NCBI GenBank assembly: GCA_001781995.1
Contig: MFNH01000040.1
Location: forward strand, 72,741 to 118,715
Reading direction: 5' to 3'
Source of the DNA: Candidatus Levybacteria bacterium RBG_16_35_11
Lineage (GTDB): Bacteria > Patescibacteriota > Microgenomatia > Levybacterales > UBA12049
Length of the DNA: 45,975 bases
Each line of letters opens with the position of its first letter. Position 1 is the first letter of the stretch. Shown piece after piece: positions 6,417 to 15,245 of this stretch. A program made the position numbers and the translations under genes. The notes under the pieces were generated by a model, which saw only the letters and a list, made by a program, of their open reading frames with translations, did not search any database and was not told the DNA's origin.

Positions 6417-9302
6417 ATGAACAAAAAACAGACTTTTAGTCCTGTTTCTCCAAATGTTAATTTCTCCAAAAACGAGGAAGAGATGCTTAAAAAGTGGCAG
6501 AAAGAAAAAGTTTTAGAAAAATACCTTGAAAAAAACAAAAACGCAAAGGATAAGTTTTCCTTCCTAGATGGTCCGATAACCGCAAATAATCCAATGGGCG
6601 TTCATCATGCATGGGGAAGAACATATAAAGACTTTTGGCAAAGATACTTTAATATGCAAGGGTTTAAGCAGCGTTTTCAAAATGGATTTGATGAGCAAGG
6701 ATTATGGGTTGAAGTGGAAGTGGAAAAAGAACTGGGTCTTAAAAATAAAAAAGATATTGAAAATTTAATTCCAAATGATAAATTTAAAAGTCTTGAGAAA
6801 TTCATTAATCTTTGCAAAGAAAGAGTAAAAAAGTTTTCTGCTGTTCAAACAGAGCAATCTAAAAGGCTTGGATATTTTATGGACTGGGGTAACTCATACC
6901 ACACATCTTCGGATGAAAACAACTATGCAATTTGGGATTTTTTAAGCAAAGTTAATAAAAAAGGTTGGCTTTATAAGGGCCATGATACAGTTCCATGGTG
7001 CCCAAGGTGCGGAACGGCAATCTCCCAGCACGAAATCCTAACTGAGGAATATAAAGAAATTACACACGAGTCTGTTTATTTTAGACTTCCTGTTTCTGGG
7101 CGAAAAGATGAATATTTATTGGTTTGGACAACTACTCCGTGGACAATTCCCGGCAACGTTGCATTGGCAATTAACCCAGAACTTAAGTATGTAAAAGCCG
7201 AATTTGAAGAAAATAAATATTATCTGGCTAAATCAAGGCTTAAAATATTAGGTAATGTAAAATACGAAAATGTCGCCATCAAAGAGTTATTAGGCTTTAA
7301 TTACGAAGCTCCTTTTGATGAATTACCCCGAATCAAAAAATCATTAGGAAACTATAATCATAAAGTAGTTGAATCAAAAGAAATAGTTTCGGAAGAGGAA
7401 GGAACGGGAATTTTACATGTTGCTCCAGGCCAGGGAGAGGAAGATTTTGCATTGGGTAAAGAATTTAAGCTTCCGGTTATAGAATTGATAGATGAAGAAG
7501 CAAATTATTTAGATGGTATGGGAGAATTCAGCGGTAAAAATGCAAAAAAACACCCAGAATTAATAATTGACTACCTGAAGAACTTTGGAAACGGAGAATT
7601 CTTTTTAAAAACAGAAAAATTCAAACACCGCTATCCGACTTGCTGGAGATGTAAAACCGAACTTGTTTGGAGAATAGTCGATGAATGGTATATTGCTATG
7701 GACAAACAGGATGAATCGGGAAAAACCTACAGAGAACAAATGATAAAAGTTGCCAAAACAATAGAATGGTTACCTAAGTGGGGGTTAGAGAGAGAATTGG
7801 ATTGGCTAAAAAACATGCACTCGTGGCTTATAAGTAAAAAAAGATATTGGGGGCTGGCACTACCAATTTGGGAATGTAAAAAATGCAAGAATTTTGAAGT
7901 AGTTGGAGGTTACGAGGAGCTTAAAAGTAGGGTGGTTGAGGATTTTGACAAATTTGAAGGAAAGTCGCCGCATCGGCCATGGATTGATCAAATAAAAATT
8001 AGATGTTCGAAGTGTAATGCTATTTCAGAGAGAATTCCGGATGTTGGAAATCCTTGGCTAGATGCCGGAATTGTTCCCATTTCGACAATGCCTTCTAATT
8101 GGTTCCCAGCTGATTTTATTACCGAATCTTTTCCTGGTCAATTTAAGAATTGGTTTTATTCTATTATTGCAATGAGCACCGTTATAAAAGAAGAGAGGCC
8201 AGTAAAAAAAATACTTGGCTTTGGATCAGTAAGAGATGAAAAAGGTGAAGAAATGCATAAGACCAAAGGAAACGCGATTGACTTTGATGAAGCGGCAGAA
8301 AAAATCGGTGTAGATGTAATGCGATGGTTATATCTTCGCACAAATCCAGAGCACAATGTTAACTTTGGCTATCACGTAACCGATGAAGTTCGAAGATCTT
8401 TTCATCTGCGCTTATGGAACGTCTACAGTTTTTTTGTCCTTTATGCAAACGCGGACGGGTGGAAACCCCTGAAATCTGAGCTTAAACCAAAGCACGTTTT
8501 AGACAGGTGGATTCTATCAAGGCTTAATGGAAATATAAAAAATATTACAGGTGCAGTTGAAAAATATGACGCCCAGAAAGCTGCTATTGCAATTGAGGAC
8601 TTTGTAAATGACTTATCTGTTTGGTACGTAAGAAGAAGCAGGGATAGAGTCGGACCATCTGCGGAAAACAAAAATGACAGAGATGTTTGTTATAACACTT
8701 TACATGTTGTTCTTTTAACACTTTCCAAGCTACTTGCTCCTTTTATCCCATTTTTAGCTGATGAAATTTACACAAATTTAACCGGAGAATTATCTGTTCA
8801 CCTTACTAATTGGCCAAGATATAATGAGGATTTAATCAATAATCAACTTGAAGAAGAAATGAAGATTGCAAGAGATCTGGCAGAAACAGCTCATGCATTG
8901 AGGAAAAAATCACAAGTTAAAGTAAGAACGCCGTTAAAAACCGGAACCTACACTGCTCCCAACAGACTTTCAGAAGAGGTGCTGGAAATATTGAAGCAAG
9001 AGATTAATTTCCAGGATTTAGTATTTGATAAGAAATCGGATATTGTTGGTGTTGTTGCGGGGGTCGGCGAAGCAAATCGGGATCTGGAAGCGGGAAAAGC
9101 AAGAGAAATAATAAGGAATATACAAGCAGAGAGAAAAAAATTAAATACGGAAATTACAGATTTTGTCCGCGTGGTTCTTCCTTCTTGGCCTAAAGAATAC
9201 GAGGAATTTATAAAAAAACAGGCGCTGGCAAAAACCTTAACCAAGGGAGAAAAATTCGAAGTAAACAAGTTTGTTTCTCACAAAATAAAAAAAGATGTCT
9301 AA
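6417..9302 (+). CDS. ileS: isoleucine--tRNA ligase (type 2, IleRS2-like)
   Basis: FLDGPITAN, WTTTPWT editing motif, GTGILHVAPG.GEEDF, YPTCWRC, WLISKKRYWG, anticodon-domain LSVWYVRRSRDR, LLAPFIPF, SVHL..WP. Confidence 0.95.
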   Translation: MNKKQTFSPVSPNVNFSKNEEEMLKKWQKEKVLEKYLEKNKNAKDKFSFLDGPITANNPMGVHHAWGRTYKDFWQRYFNMQGFKQRFQNGFDEQGLWVEVEVEKELGLKNKKDIENLIPNDKFKSLEKFINLCKERVKKFSAVQTEQSKRLGYFMDWGNSYHTSSDENNYAIWDFLSKVNKKGWLYKGHDTVPWCPRCGTAISQHEILTEEYKEITHESVYFRLPVSGRKDEYLLVWTTTPWTIPGNVALAINPELKYVKAEFEENKYYLAKSRLKILGNVKYENVAIKELLGFNYEAPFDELPRIKKSLGNYNHKVVESKEIVSEEEGTGILHVAPGQGEEDFALGKEFKLPVIELIDEEANYLDGMGEFSGKNAKKHPELIIDYLKNFGNGEFFLKTEKFKHRYPTCWRCKTELVWRIVDEWYIAMDKQDESGKTYREQMIKVAKTIEWLPKWGLERELDWLKNMHSWLISKKRYWGLALPIWECKKCKNFEVVGGYEELKSRVVEDFDKFEGKSPHRPWIDQIKIRCSKCNAISERIPDVGNPWLDAGIVPISTMPSNWFPADFITESFPGQFKNWFYSIIAMSTVIKEERPVKKILGFGSVRDEKGEEMHKTKGNAIDFDEAAEKIGVDVMRWLYLRTNPEHNVNFGYHVTDEVRRSFHLRLWNVYSFFVLYANADGWKPLKSELKPKHVLDRWILSRLNGNIKNITGAVEKYDAQKAAIAIEDFVNDLSVWYVRRSRDRVGPSAENKNDRDVCYNTLHVVLLTLSKLLAPFIPFLADEIYTNLTGELSVHLTNWPRYNEDLINNQLEEEMKIARDLAETAHALRKKSQVKVRTPLKTGTYTAPNRLSEEVLEILKQEINFQDLVFDKKSDIVGVVAGVGEANRDLEAGKAREIIRNIQAERKKLNTEITDFVRVVLPSWPKEYEEFIKKQALAKTLTKGEKFEVNKFVSHKIKKDV

Positions 9303-10371
9303 AAAGTTTCATAACTTTGACCCTCTGCTTCTTGTCCCGGTTGCAATCTTGGCAGTTTTAAGCCTTACAACTCTCTATTCGATAAACTTCTCTTATTTTA
9401 GAAGTCAACTAATTTTTTTGATTATCTCAATAGTATTTTTTGTTCTGATTTCTTTTGCCAATTACAGGGTTTTAAAAATGTATGCGCTTCCAATATATAT
9501 AGCATCTCTTATTTTTCTTTTTCTTGTTTTAATTTTAGGGATTGAAACAAGGGGTTCAATAAGATGGATTGAGCTATATGGATTTAGGATTCAATTTTCG
9601 GAAATATTAAAGCCGTTTTTGGCGATTTCTTTAAGTTCGTTTCTAATGACTCGGAAAAATAACCTAAGACACTTTATTTCGGTTTTTCTACTGCTTGCTC
9701 CTATTCTTGTTCTTATTTTCCTTCAACCTGATCTTGGAAATACCCTTATTTATTTATTTGTAACAGTTTTGACAATGATTTTTTTTGGATTTTCTTACCG
9801 CTATTTTGCCTCAATTATATTGCCAGTGTTTATTTTTATCCCTCTTCTTTGGAATTTTCTTCATCAATACCAAAAACAAAGACTTTTCTCTTTCTTAAAC
9901 CCAACAGCCGATCCTCTCGGAAGCTCTTATAATGCAATTCAGTCTTTAATAACAGTTGGGTCAGGAATGTTTCTAGGAAAGGGATTGGGGCAGGGAACCC
10001 AATCATCCCTAAGCTTTCTTCCTGAACAACATACCGATTTTATTTTTGCAACAATTTCCGAACAATTAGGATTTTTAGGTAATCTTTTAATTCTAGTTTG
10101 CTTTGCAGTAATCCTTCTTAGAATCTATTCTATTTTCAAAAACTCAAATGATGATTTTTGCGGAGTTTTTTCCGCAGTTGCCTTTTTTATTATTCTTGTT
10201 CAATTTTTTCTAAATATTGGAATGAACATTGGGATTATTCCAATCGTTGGAGTCACACTTCCTTTTGTATCGTATGGCGGAAGTTCTCTTCTGTCAAGTT
10301 TCATTCTTTTAGGCTTTTTAAGTGCCGTAAGCTCATCGGAAAAGGAGTCAGTCACACTTCAAATCAGATAA
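9295..10371 (+). CDS. rodA: SEDS family peptidoglycan polymerase RodA/FtsW
   Basis: RWIELYGFRIQFSE, LQPDLG, YQKQRL, LPEQHTDFIFA, GVTLPFVSYGGSS; ~10 TM. The DPLGSSYNAIQS and GKGLGQGTQ segments favour RodA. Confidence 0.88.
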   Translation: MSKKFHNFDPLLLVPVAILAVLSLTTLYSINFSYFRSQLIFLIISIVFFVLISFANYRVLKMYALPIYIASLIFLFLVLILGIETRGSIRWIELYGFRIQFSEILKPFLAISLSSFLMTRKNNLRHFISVFLLLAPILVLIFLQPDLGNTLIYLFVTVLTMIFFGFSYRYFASIILPVFIFIPLLWNFLHQYQKQRLFSFLNPTADPLGSSYNAIQSLITVGSGMFLGKGLGQGTQSSLSFLPEQHTDFIFATISEQLGFLGNLLILVCFAVILLRIYSIFKNSNDDFCGVFSAVAFFIILVQFFLNIGMNIGIIPIVGVTLPFVSYGGSSLLSSFILLGFLSAVSSSEKESVTLQIR

Positions 10372-10406
10372 AGCTACTGTTGACCGTGGAAACAGACTAA
10401 ATTATT

Positions 10407-10415
10407 TGTTATAAT
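10407..10415 (+). promoter_or_regulatory. extended -10 promoter, probably giving a leaderless rplU mRNA
   Basis: TGtTATAAT ends 7 nt before ATG 10423. No SD. Confidence 0.55.
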
Positions 10416-10422
10416 TGCCTTT

Positions 10423-10785
10423 ATGAAATACGCAGTAATAAATTGCAGTGGCAAGCAATATAAAGTCTCTGAAGGGGACATAATCAATGTTAGCAGGGTT
10501 TCTGAGAAGCCGGATGAAAAAATTAGCTTTGAGAAAGTCTTGCTTCTTGTTTACGATGGAAAAATAGAATTAGGCAGACCATATCTTTTGGGAGTTAAAG
10601 TAGTTGGAAAGGTCATAGAAGAATTTAAGGGAGAAAAAATAAAAGTTTCTAAATTTAAGGCAAAAGTAAGAGTCAGAAGAGCAATGGGTTTTAGACCTCA
10701 CCTTTCAAAAATTAAAATAGAAAAGATAGAATCAAGCAAATCTCCTCTAAAGCAGACAGTAAAAGGTTCAAAAAAGAAACTTTAG
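10423..10785 (+). CDS. rplU: 50S ribosomal protein L21
   Basis: YAVI..SGKQYKVSEGD, G.PYL.G.KV.G.V, KGEKI.V.KFK.K, GFR. Confidence 0.95.
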   Translation: MKYAVINCSGKQYKVSEGDIINVSRVSEKPDEKISFEKVLLLVYDGKIELGRPYLLGVKVVGKVIEEFKGEKIKVSKFKAKVRVRRAMGFRPHLSKIKIEKIESSKSPLKQTVKGSKKKL

Positions 10786-10804
10786 ATTGACATAGTTTGA
10801 TTAC

Positions 10805-10833
10805 TTGACCTTCGTGAAAAATACTAGTAAAAT
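10805..10833 (+). promoter_or_regulatory. promoter for rpmA-parB
   Basis: TTGACC(10805)-17-TAAAAT(10828). Confidence 0.5.
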
Positions 10834-10851
10834 TGTTTTCACAAATATACT

Positions 10852-11100
10852 ATGGCACATACAAAAGCTCAAGGCTCGGTAAAAGGAAACCGGGATTCAA
10901 AACCAAAGTATTTAGGATTAAAGAGAGGAAGTGGGGAAAAAGTCTCAGTTGGAAATATAATTGCCAGGCAAAAGGGGACCAAGCTCCATCCAGGCAAGGG
11001 TGTTTCTATGGGAAAAGATTATACAATCTATTCCTTAACTGATGGAATAGTTAAGTTAAAGCAACTTCGAGGTAAAAAATATATTGAGGTTCTCGCGTAG
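10852..11100 (+). CDS. rpmA: 50S ribosomal protein L27
   Basis: MAHTKAQGS..NRDSKPKYLGLK, GNIIARQKGTKLHPG.GV.MGKDYTIYSL.DGIV. Confidence 0.95.
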   Translation: MAHTKAQGSVKGNRDSKPKYLGLKRGSGEKVSVGNIIARQKGTKLHPGKGVSMGKDYTIYSLTDGIVKLKQLRGKKYIEVLA

Positions 11101-11112
11101 AAACGCGACTTA

Positions 11113-11934
11113 ATGTCCATGGATAAAGCAAATCAAATTTACGAACTAGAAATAAATACGCTTCAGGCTAATCCTCTTCAACCAAGGGGAATTATTTCTC
11201 CCGAATCACTTCAGGATTTAGTTGATTCAATAAGAGAACAAGGGATTTTGGAACCATTGGTTATTGCCAAAACACCGGCAGGATACCAAATAATTGCCGG
11301 AGAAAGGCGTTGGAGAGCGGCAAAAGTCCTTGGGTTAAATAAGGTTCCGGTAATTATAAAAGAAACAACTCCACAAGGGATGCTAGAAATGTCTATTGTT
11401 GAAAATGTTCAGCGGGAAGACCTAAATCCAATAGAAAGAGCCCAGGCCTATAAAAGATTAATTGATGAATTTGGACTCGGGACAAATGAGGTTGCAAGAA
11501 AAGTAGGAAAATCGGCGCCAACTATTTCAAATACAATTAGACTCCTTTCCTTACCAGATGCAATCAAAGATGCATTGGTTGCAAATGTTATAACCGAAGG
11601 ACATGTTAGACCCCTTATTTCCCTAGGTGACACAAAACTAATGCTGGATTTATTTAAAAAGATATTAAAGGAAAGTAGCACTGTTCGACAAACGGAAGAA
11701 TTTGCAAGAGTGGTAAAAGGAGAAGTCCAGCAAAGAGAACCAAGGGCAAGCACAGACAGACTTCACGTTCCGGAATTAGATGATATGGCAAAAAAACTAG
11801 CCGAAAAACATGAGCTTGATAAGGTATCTATTTATCAATCTGGGACACTAGGTCGAATTGTAATAGTAATAAAGGGAAATCCGGAGAAAACAGCCGAAAA
11901 AATAAAGAAAATCTACGAAATCCTAAATTCCTAA
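11113..11934 (+). CDS. parB: ParB/RepB/Spo0J family chromosome partition protein
   Basis: NPLQPR, L.DSIREQGILEP, arginine patch IIAGERRWRAA, ENVQREDLNPIE.A, HTH, GH.R.L. Confidence 0.93.
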   Translation: MSMDKANQIYELEINTLQANPLQPRGIISPESLQDLVDSIREQGILEPLVIAKTPAGYQIIAGERRWRAAKVLGLNKVPVIIKETTPQGMLEMSIVENVQREDLNPIERAQAYKRLIDEFGLGTNEVARKVGKSAPTISNTIRLLSLPDAIKDALVANVITEGHVRPLISLGDTKLMLDLFKKILKESSTVRQTEEFARVVKGEVQQREPRASTDRLHVPELDDMAKKLAEKHELDKVSIYQSGTLGRIVIVIKGNPEKTAEKIKKIYEILNS

Positions 11935-11936
11935 AA

Positions 11937-12497
11937 CTACTTGTAGGGGTTTCCGACTATTCCCATGCGGTTTATCGGCCAATAAACAAATATAGATTCT
12001 CCTATTAATTTATCTTTACTAACAAAACCCCATTCTCTTGAATCAGAACTATAAAGTCGATTATCGCCCATAACAAAATAGTTATCAAGAGGAACAGTTA
12101 CGGGTATGCCATCTTTCAGAAATGCTCCACCATAGGATTTAACTGAAGGCTTTAGGTATTTACTTTCATCCAGTAATTGATTATTTACATAGACTGAGCC
12201 GTCTCTTATTTCAACCGTATCCCCTGGAATACCAATTACCCTTTTTATAAAGTCTCTTTCGTTGTCGTTTGGAGCTTTAAAGACAACTACATCTCCCTGA
12301 ATAGGTTGATTAAACCTCAAAACAATCAAATTTGTAAGAACATATTCACTATCTAAAAAATTAGGATACATGCTCTCACCTTTTACCTCAAATGGACGGA
12401 AAAAGAATATGTAGATTACCAGAAAGACAGCTGCAGCCATTAAAAATGTCTGGACACTGTCTATTAAAAAAGAACCGATTTTTCGCAAAATATTCAT
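11937..12497 (-). CDS. lepB: signal peptidase I
   Basis: N-terminal TM, GESMYP (catalytic Ser), FIKRVIG (Lys), YFVMGDNR..SSDSREWG. Confidence 0.95.
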   Translation of the reverse strand: MNILRKIGSFLIDSVQTFLMAAAVFLVIYIFFFRPFEVKGESMYPNFLDSEYVLTNLIVLRFNQPIQGDVVVFKAPNDNERDFIKRVIGIPGDTVEIRDGSVYVNNQLLDESKYLKPSVKSYGGAFLKDGIPVTVPLDNYFVMGDNRLYSSDSREWGFVSKDKLIGESIFVYWPINRMGIVGNPYK

Positions 12498-12503
12498 GTA
12501 TAC

Positions 12504-12554
12504 ATTGTGCCTGATTCAGCCTCTTTTGTCAATTAGCCTTATTTGTGTTAAGAT
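12504..12554. promoter_or_regulatory. back-to-back promoters sharing a near-palindromic TTGTCAA -35 box (lepB / tRNA-Val)
   Basis: Plus: TTGTCA(12526)-17-TAAGAT(12549), 8 nt before the tRNA. Minus: TTGACA(12532-12527)-17-CACAAT(12509-12504), 6 nt before the lepB ATG. Confidence 0.55.
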
Positions 12555-12562
12555 TTGTGTGC

Positions 12563-12634
12563 GGATCCTTAGCTCAGCGGTAGAGCGCTGCATTCACATT
12601 GCAGAAGTCAGTGGTTCGAATCCACTAGGGTCCA
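12563..12634 (+). tRNA. tRNA-Val (anticodon CAC)
   Basis: Acceptor GGATCCT/AGGGTCC, D-arm AGCTCAGCGGTAGAGC, anticodon arm CTGCA-TTCACAT-TGCAG, T-arm AGTGG-TTCGAAT-CCACT. CCA not encoded. Confidence 0.95.
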
Positions 12635-12637
12635 CAG

Positions 12638-14428
12638 TTATAATGCCTTGAGGAGATAGGAGATATCGGAAACGAGAAAATCTTTTGCCTCTTTCTTAAT
12701 TAATATTGTAGGTGATTTTTTTAACATTTCTTGGAGAAATTTTAATTCGGACTTTGCCATTTTCTTATCTCTAATTTTTAAATCTTCTTTAATCTTTCCT
12801 GCAAAATATATCAACTCTTTTGCAAAATCTTTTTGAACCATTTTTAAATTTCTAAATTGGGTAACATCTTTTATGAAACCATCAATAGTTATTTTTCTTT
12901 CCAGTGTCGAAGCTAAAAGGTTTTCTTTATTGAAAAATAACTTGTAATTGTTCGCATTTAACCCTAGCAAAGCTTTTCCATCCAGAATCCTAACTGTTCC
13001 ATCTTTATTGTAAAGGTAAGTTTTAAAACTGTTGAGTTGATTATTTGAAGATGAGAGCGATAGTTCATAATTTTGCTTCTCAGGCTTAGGAATATAAAGA
13101 ATTTTAATAGGTGAATTAGCTTCGTTTGGATTAATATCGTTGACCATTGCTTGTTGAATAAAACTTTCTCCCACATTATTCAAAGATTCATCTTTGGAAT
13201 TTATTGTTACATCTGGACCAGTTACTAACATAATGTAGGAAAGATCTGTACTGGTTGGATTATATGTACCAAGACTTAGAAAAATATTTGAATAATCAGC
13301 TAAAGTTTGTCTATCGAAATAAGGATCGTTAATATTAATTACATCGTCGTCAATTCCCCTAGCAACAACAAAATGACCTGGTTCTTCAACAATGTCTGGT
13401 TTTAAATCCTTAATGTCATTTTTTAAAACTTCTAAGTCAGATGTCCATTTTCTCTCGTATTCCAAGGCATCGAAATCAGTTATTCCATTGATTGATTTCG
13501 CAAGCTTAGACAGGCGTGATATTGCAAGCCAGTTTACGAATCCATTTCCAATATATCCGTCTGCCTGAGATTTTAACCAAGTATTAAGACTTCCCGGATC
13601 AAGAGTTGTTCCACTAGGAAGCAAATTTAAGCCGTAATAATTTAAAATCATAGTGGCTGATGTAAGCGCACAACCCCAAGAGGAAATAGTCCTACTGGAT
13701 CTTCTTGCCCAGCTAATTGCGTTGTCATAAAGTTGCGAGCCCCACGGACTCGATGTTTGCTTTAAGCTGGGAACATTCAAATTTATAGGCGTCGGTGTTG
13801 GGGTAGGTGCTTCTCCTAGGCTTCTCACAACAACATTATCAAACCAAACCTCTGTTGGGAAAGCGGCTCCGGTACTCACAGTAAGTCCAATAGAACCATT
13901 CAAGCATGGAGGAACCTGGTTTGTTATGGTGTTGTCAACCAATAGTTGATTATCTATATAAAGTTTGTAGTTATTATTCACCAATGCCACCCTGACGTGA
14001 TGAACTACATTGTTTGTCATATTATAATCAACATTTGGATCAATATAATCCATATGAATTCGAGGATTTAAATGAAACTGATTACAAAATTGTCTTTCAG
14101 GAGTCCATCTGGTTCGTATATTTCTGTCCACGCCTTCTACTGGATAAATATCCATTTCAAATTCGTAATCTGTCCAAGATGTATCCCCAGCGACAGCGTC
14201 AATAATTGTGCTAGGTCCATTTATCCTTGCTCCAAACCACATGCTTCCATTTATCTCTTTTAATTGCCAGAGGCCCGCTCCACTTAAAACTGTCCATTTT
14301 CCAAGTCCGGATTCAAAGTCATCATCAAATAAAACTGTGGAAGCATAAGTATCTTCTGCAAAAAAAACAAAAGAGAATAGTAATGAAAAAAACAAAATAT
14401 TAATTAAGACCCAAAATTTTTTAAACAT
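12638..14428 (-). CDS. secreted protein: LamG/DUF1080-like beta-sandwich + Pro-Thr linker + C39-like cysteine peptidase
   Basis: Signal peptide; LFDDDFE..LGKW, WTDY.FE.D, YIDNQL, GSIGL, VWFDNVVV; APTPTPTP linker; C39-like LKQ...GCALTS..M, GHFVV, NDP. Confidence 0.8.
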   Translation of the reverse strand: MFKKFWVLINILFFSLLFSFVFFAEDTYASTVLFDDDFESGLGKWTVLSGAGLWQLKEINGSMWFGARINGPSTIIDAVAGDTSWTDYEFEMDIYPVEGVDRNIRTRWTPERQFCNQFHLNPRIHMDYIDPNVDYNMTNNVVHHVRVALVNNNYKLYIDNQLLVDNTITNQVPPCLNGSIGLTVSTGAAFPTEVWFDNVVVRSLGEAPTPTPTPINLNVPSLKQTSSPWGSQLYDNAISWARRSSRTISSWGCALTSATMILNYYGLNLLPSGTTLDPGSLNTWLKSQADGYIGNGFVNWLAISRLSKLAKSINGITDFDALEYERKWTSDLEVLKNDIKDLKPDIVEEPGHFVVARGIDDDVININDPYFDRQTLADYSNIFLSLGTYNPTSTDLSYIMLVTGPDVTINSKDESLNNVGESFIQQAMVNDINPNEANSPIKILYIPKPEKQNYELSLSSSNNQLNSFKTYLYNKDGTVRILDGKALLGLNANNYKLFFNKENLLASTLERKITIDGFIKDVTQFRNLKMVQKDFAKELIYFAGKIKEDLKIRDKKMAKSELKFLQEMLKKSPTILIKKEAKDFLVSDISYLLKAL

Positions 14429-14457
14429 AAACTTATTTAATTATGAAATTGATTTGT

Positions 14458-14486
14458 TTGTCAAGATAGTAAAACAATGCTAAAAT
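14458..14486 (+). promoter_or_regulatory. promoter for the methyltransferase-GT4 pair (probably leaderless)
   Basis: TTGTCA(14458)-17-TAAAAT(14481) with TG extension, 6 nt before ATG 14493. Confidence 0.55.
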
Positions 14487-14492
14487 TCAAAC

Positions 14493-15245
14493 ATGAAAAA
14501 ATCGATGAATGCAAAAATGGACTACAATTATTTTCACAGAAAAACAAGTGTTCAAACTAAAACTATTGGAAAGAAAAATTATACATATAGATTCTTAGTG
14601 GAAACCTTAAATAAATATAAATATAAAGATAAGGAAATTTTGGATATAGGATGCGGTTCAGGAGCAATTGATTTTTATTTAGCAAGAAATGCTTCATATG
14701 TTTTGGGCATAGACATATCGGAAAACGCTATTAAAAAATGTAAGGAAAGTAGCAGATTACTTGGATTACAAAACAATACGCTATTCAAGGTGGTAGATTT
14801 TCCAAGAAATTTTATAAAACAGAAATTCGATATAATTATTTGCTCTGAGGTTTTAGAACATTTGAAAGAAGATGAATTAGCTATTAAGCAAATTAAGAAG
14901 ATGCTAAAAAATAACGGAATTGCAATAATATCAGTCCCATCTAAAAATGCCCCACTTTATAAATGGGGATTTGCTTCAGATTTTGACAGGGGGGTTGGCC
15001 ATTTAAGAAGGTATTCGATAAATGACCTATCTTCCTTACTTAAAAATGCTGGTCTTACAATTGTTGAAGTAAGAAAGATCGAAGGATTGCTGAGAAATTT
15101 CCTTTTTTTAAATAGAAATGCAGGCAAATTGATAAAGTTTCTAAAATCTTATTTATCTGACATAACTACTATGTTAGATAAGGCACTAATTCTATTATTT
15201 GGTGAGTCAAATATTTTAATCGTTGCTAAAAATAAGAAATCATGA
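14493..15245 (+). CDS. class I SAM-dependent methyltransferase
   Basis: ILDIGCGSG, GIDIS, FDIIICSEVLEHL, ISVP, GHLRRYS (type common in glycan loci). Confidence 0.9.
   Translation: MKKSMNAKMDYNYFHRKTSVQTKTIGKKNYTYRFLVETLNKYKYKDKEILDIGCGSGAIDFYLARNASYVLGIDISENAIKKCKESSRLLGLQNNTLFKVVDFPRNFIKQKFDIIICSEVLEHLKEDELAIKQIKKMLKNNGIAIISVPSKNAPLYKWGFASDFDRGVGHLRRYSINDLSSLLKNAGLTIVEVRKIEGLLRNFLFLNRNAGKLIKFLKSYLSDITTMLDKALILLFGESNILIVAKNKKS

Noticed and set aside
10833-11042. 69-aa alternative-frame ORF over rpmA
   Set aside because: Out-of-frame shadow of a clear L27 gene; no motif.
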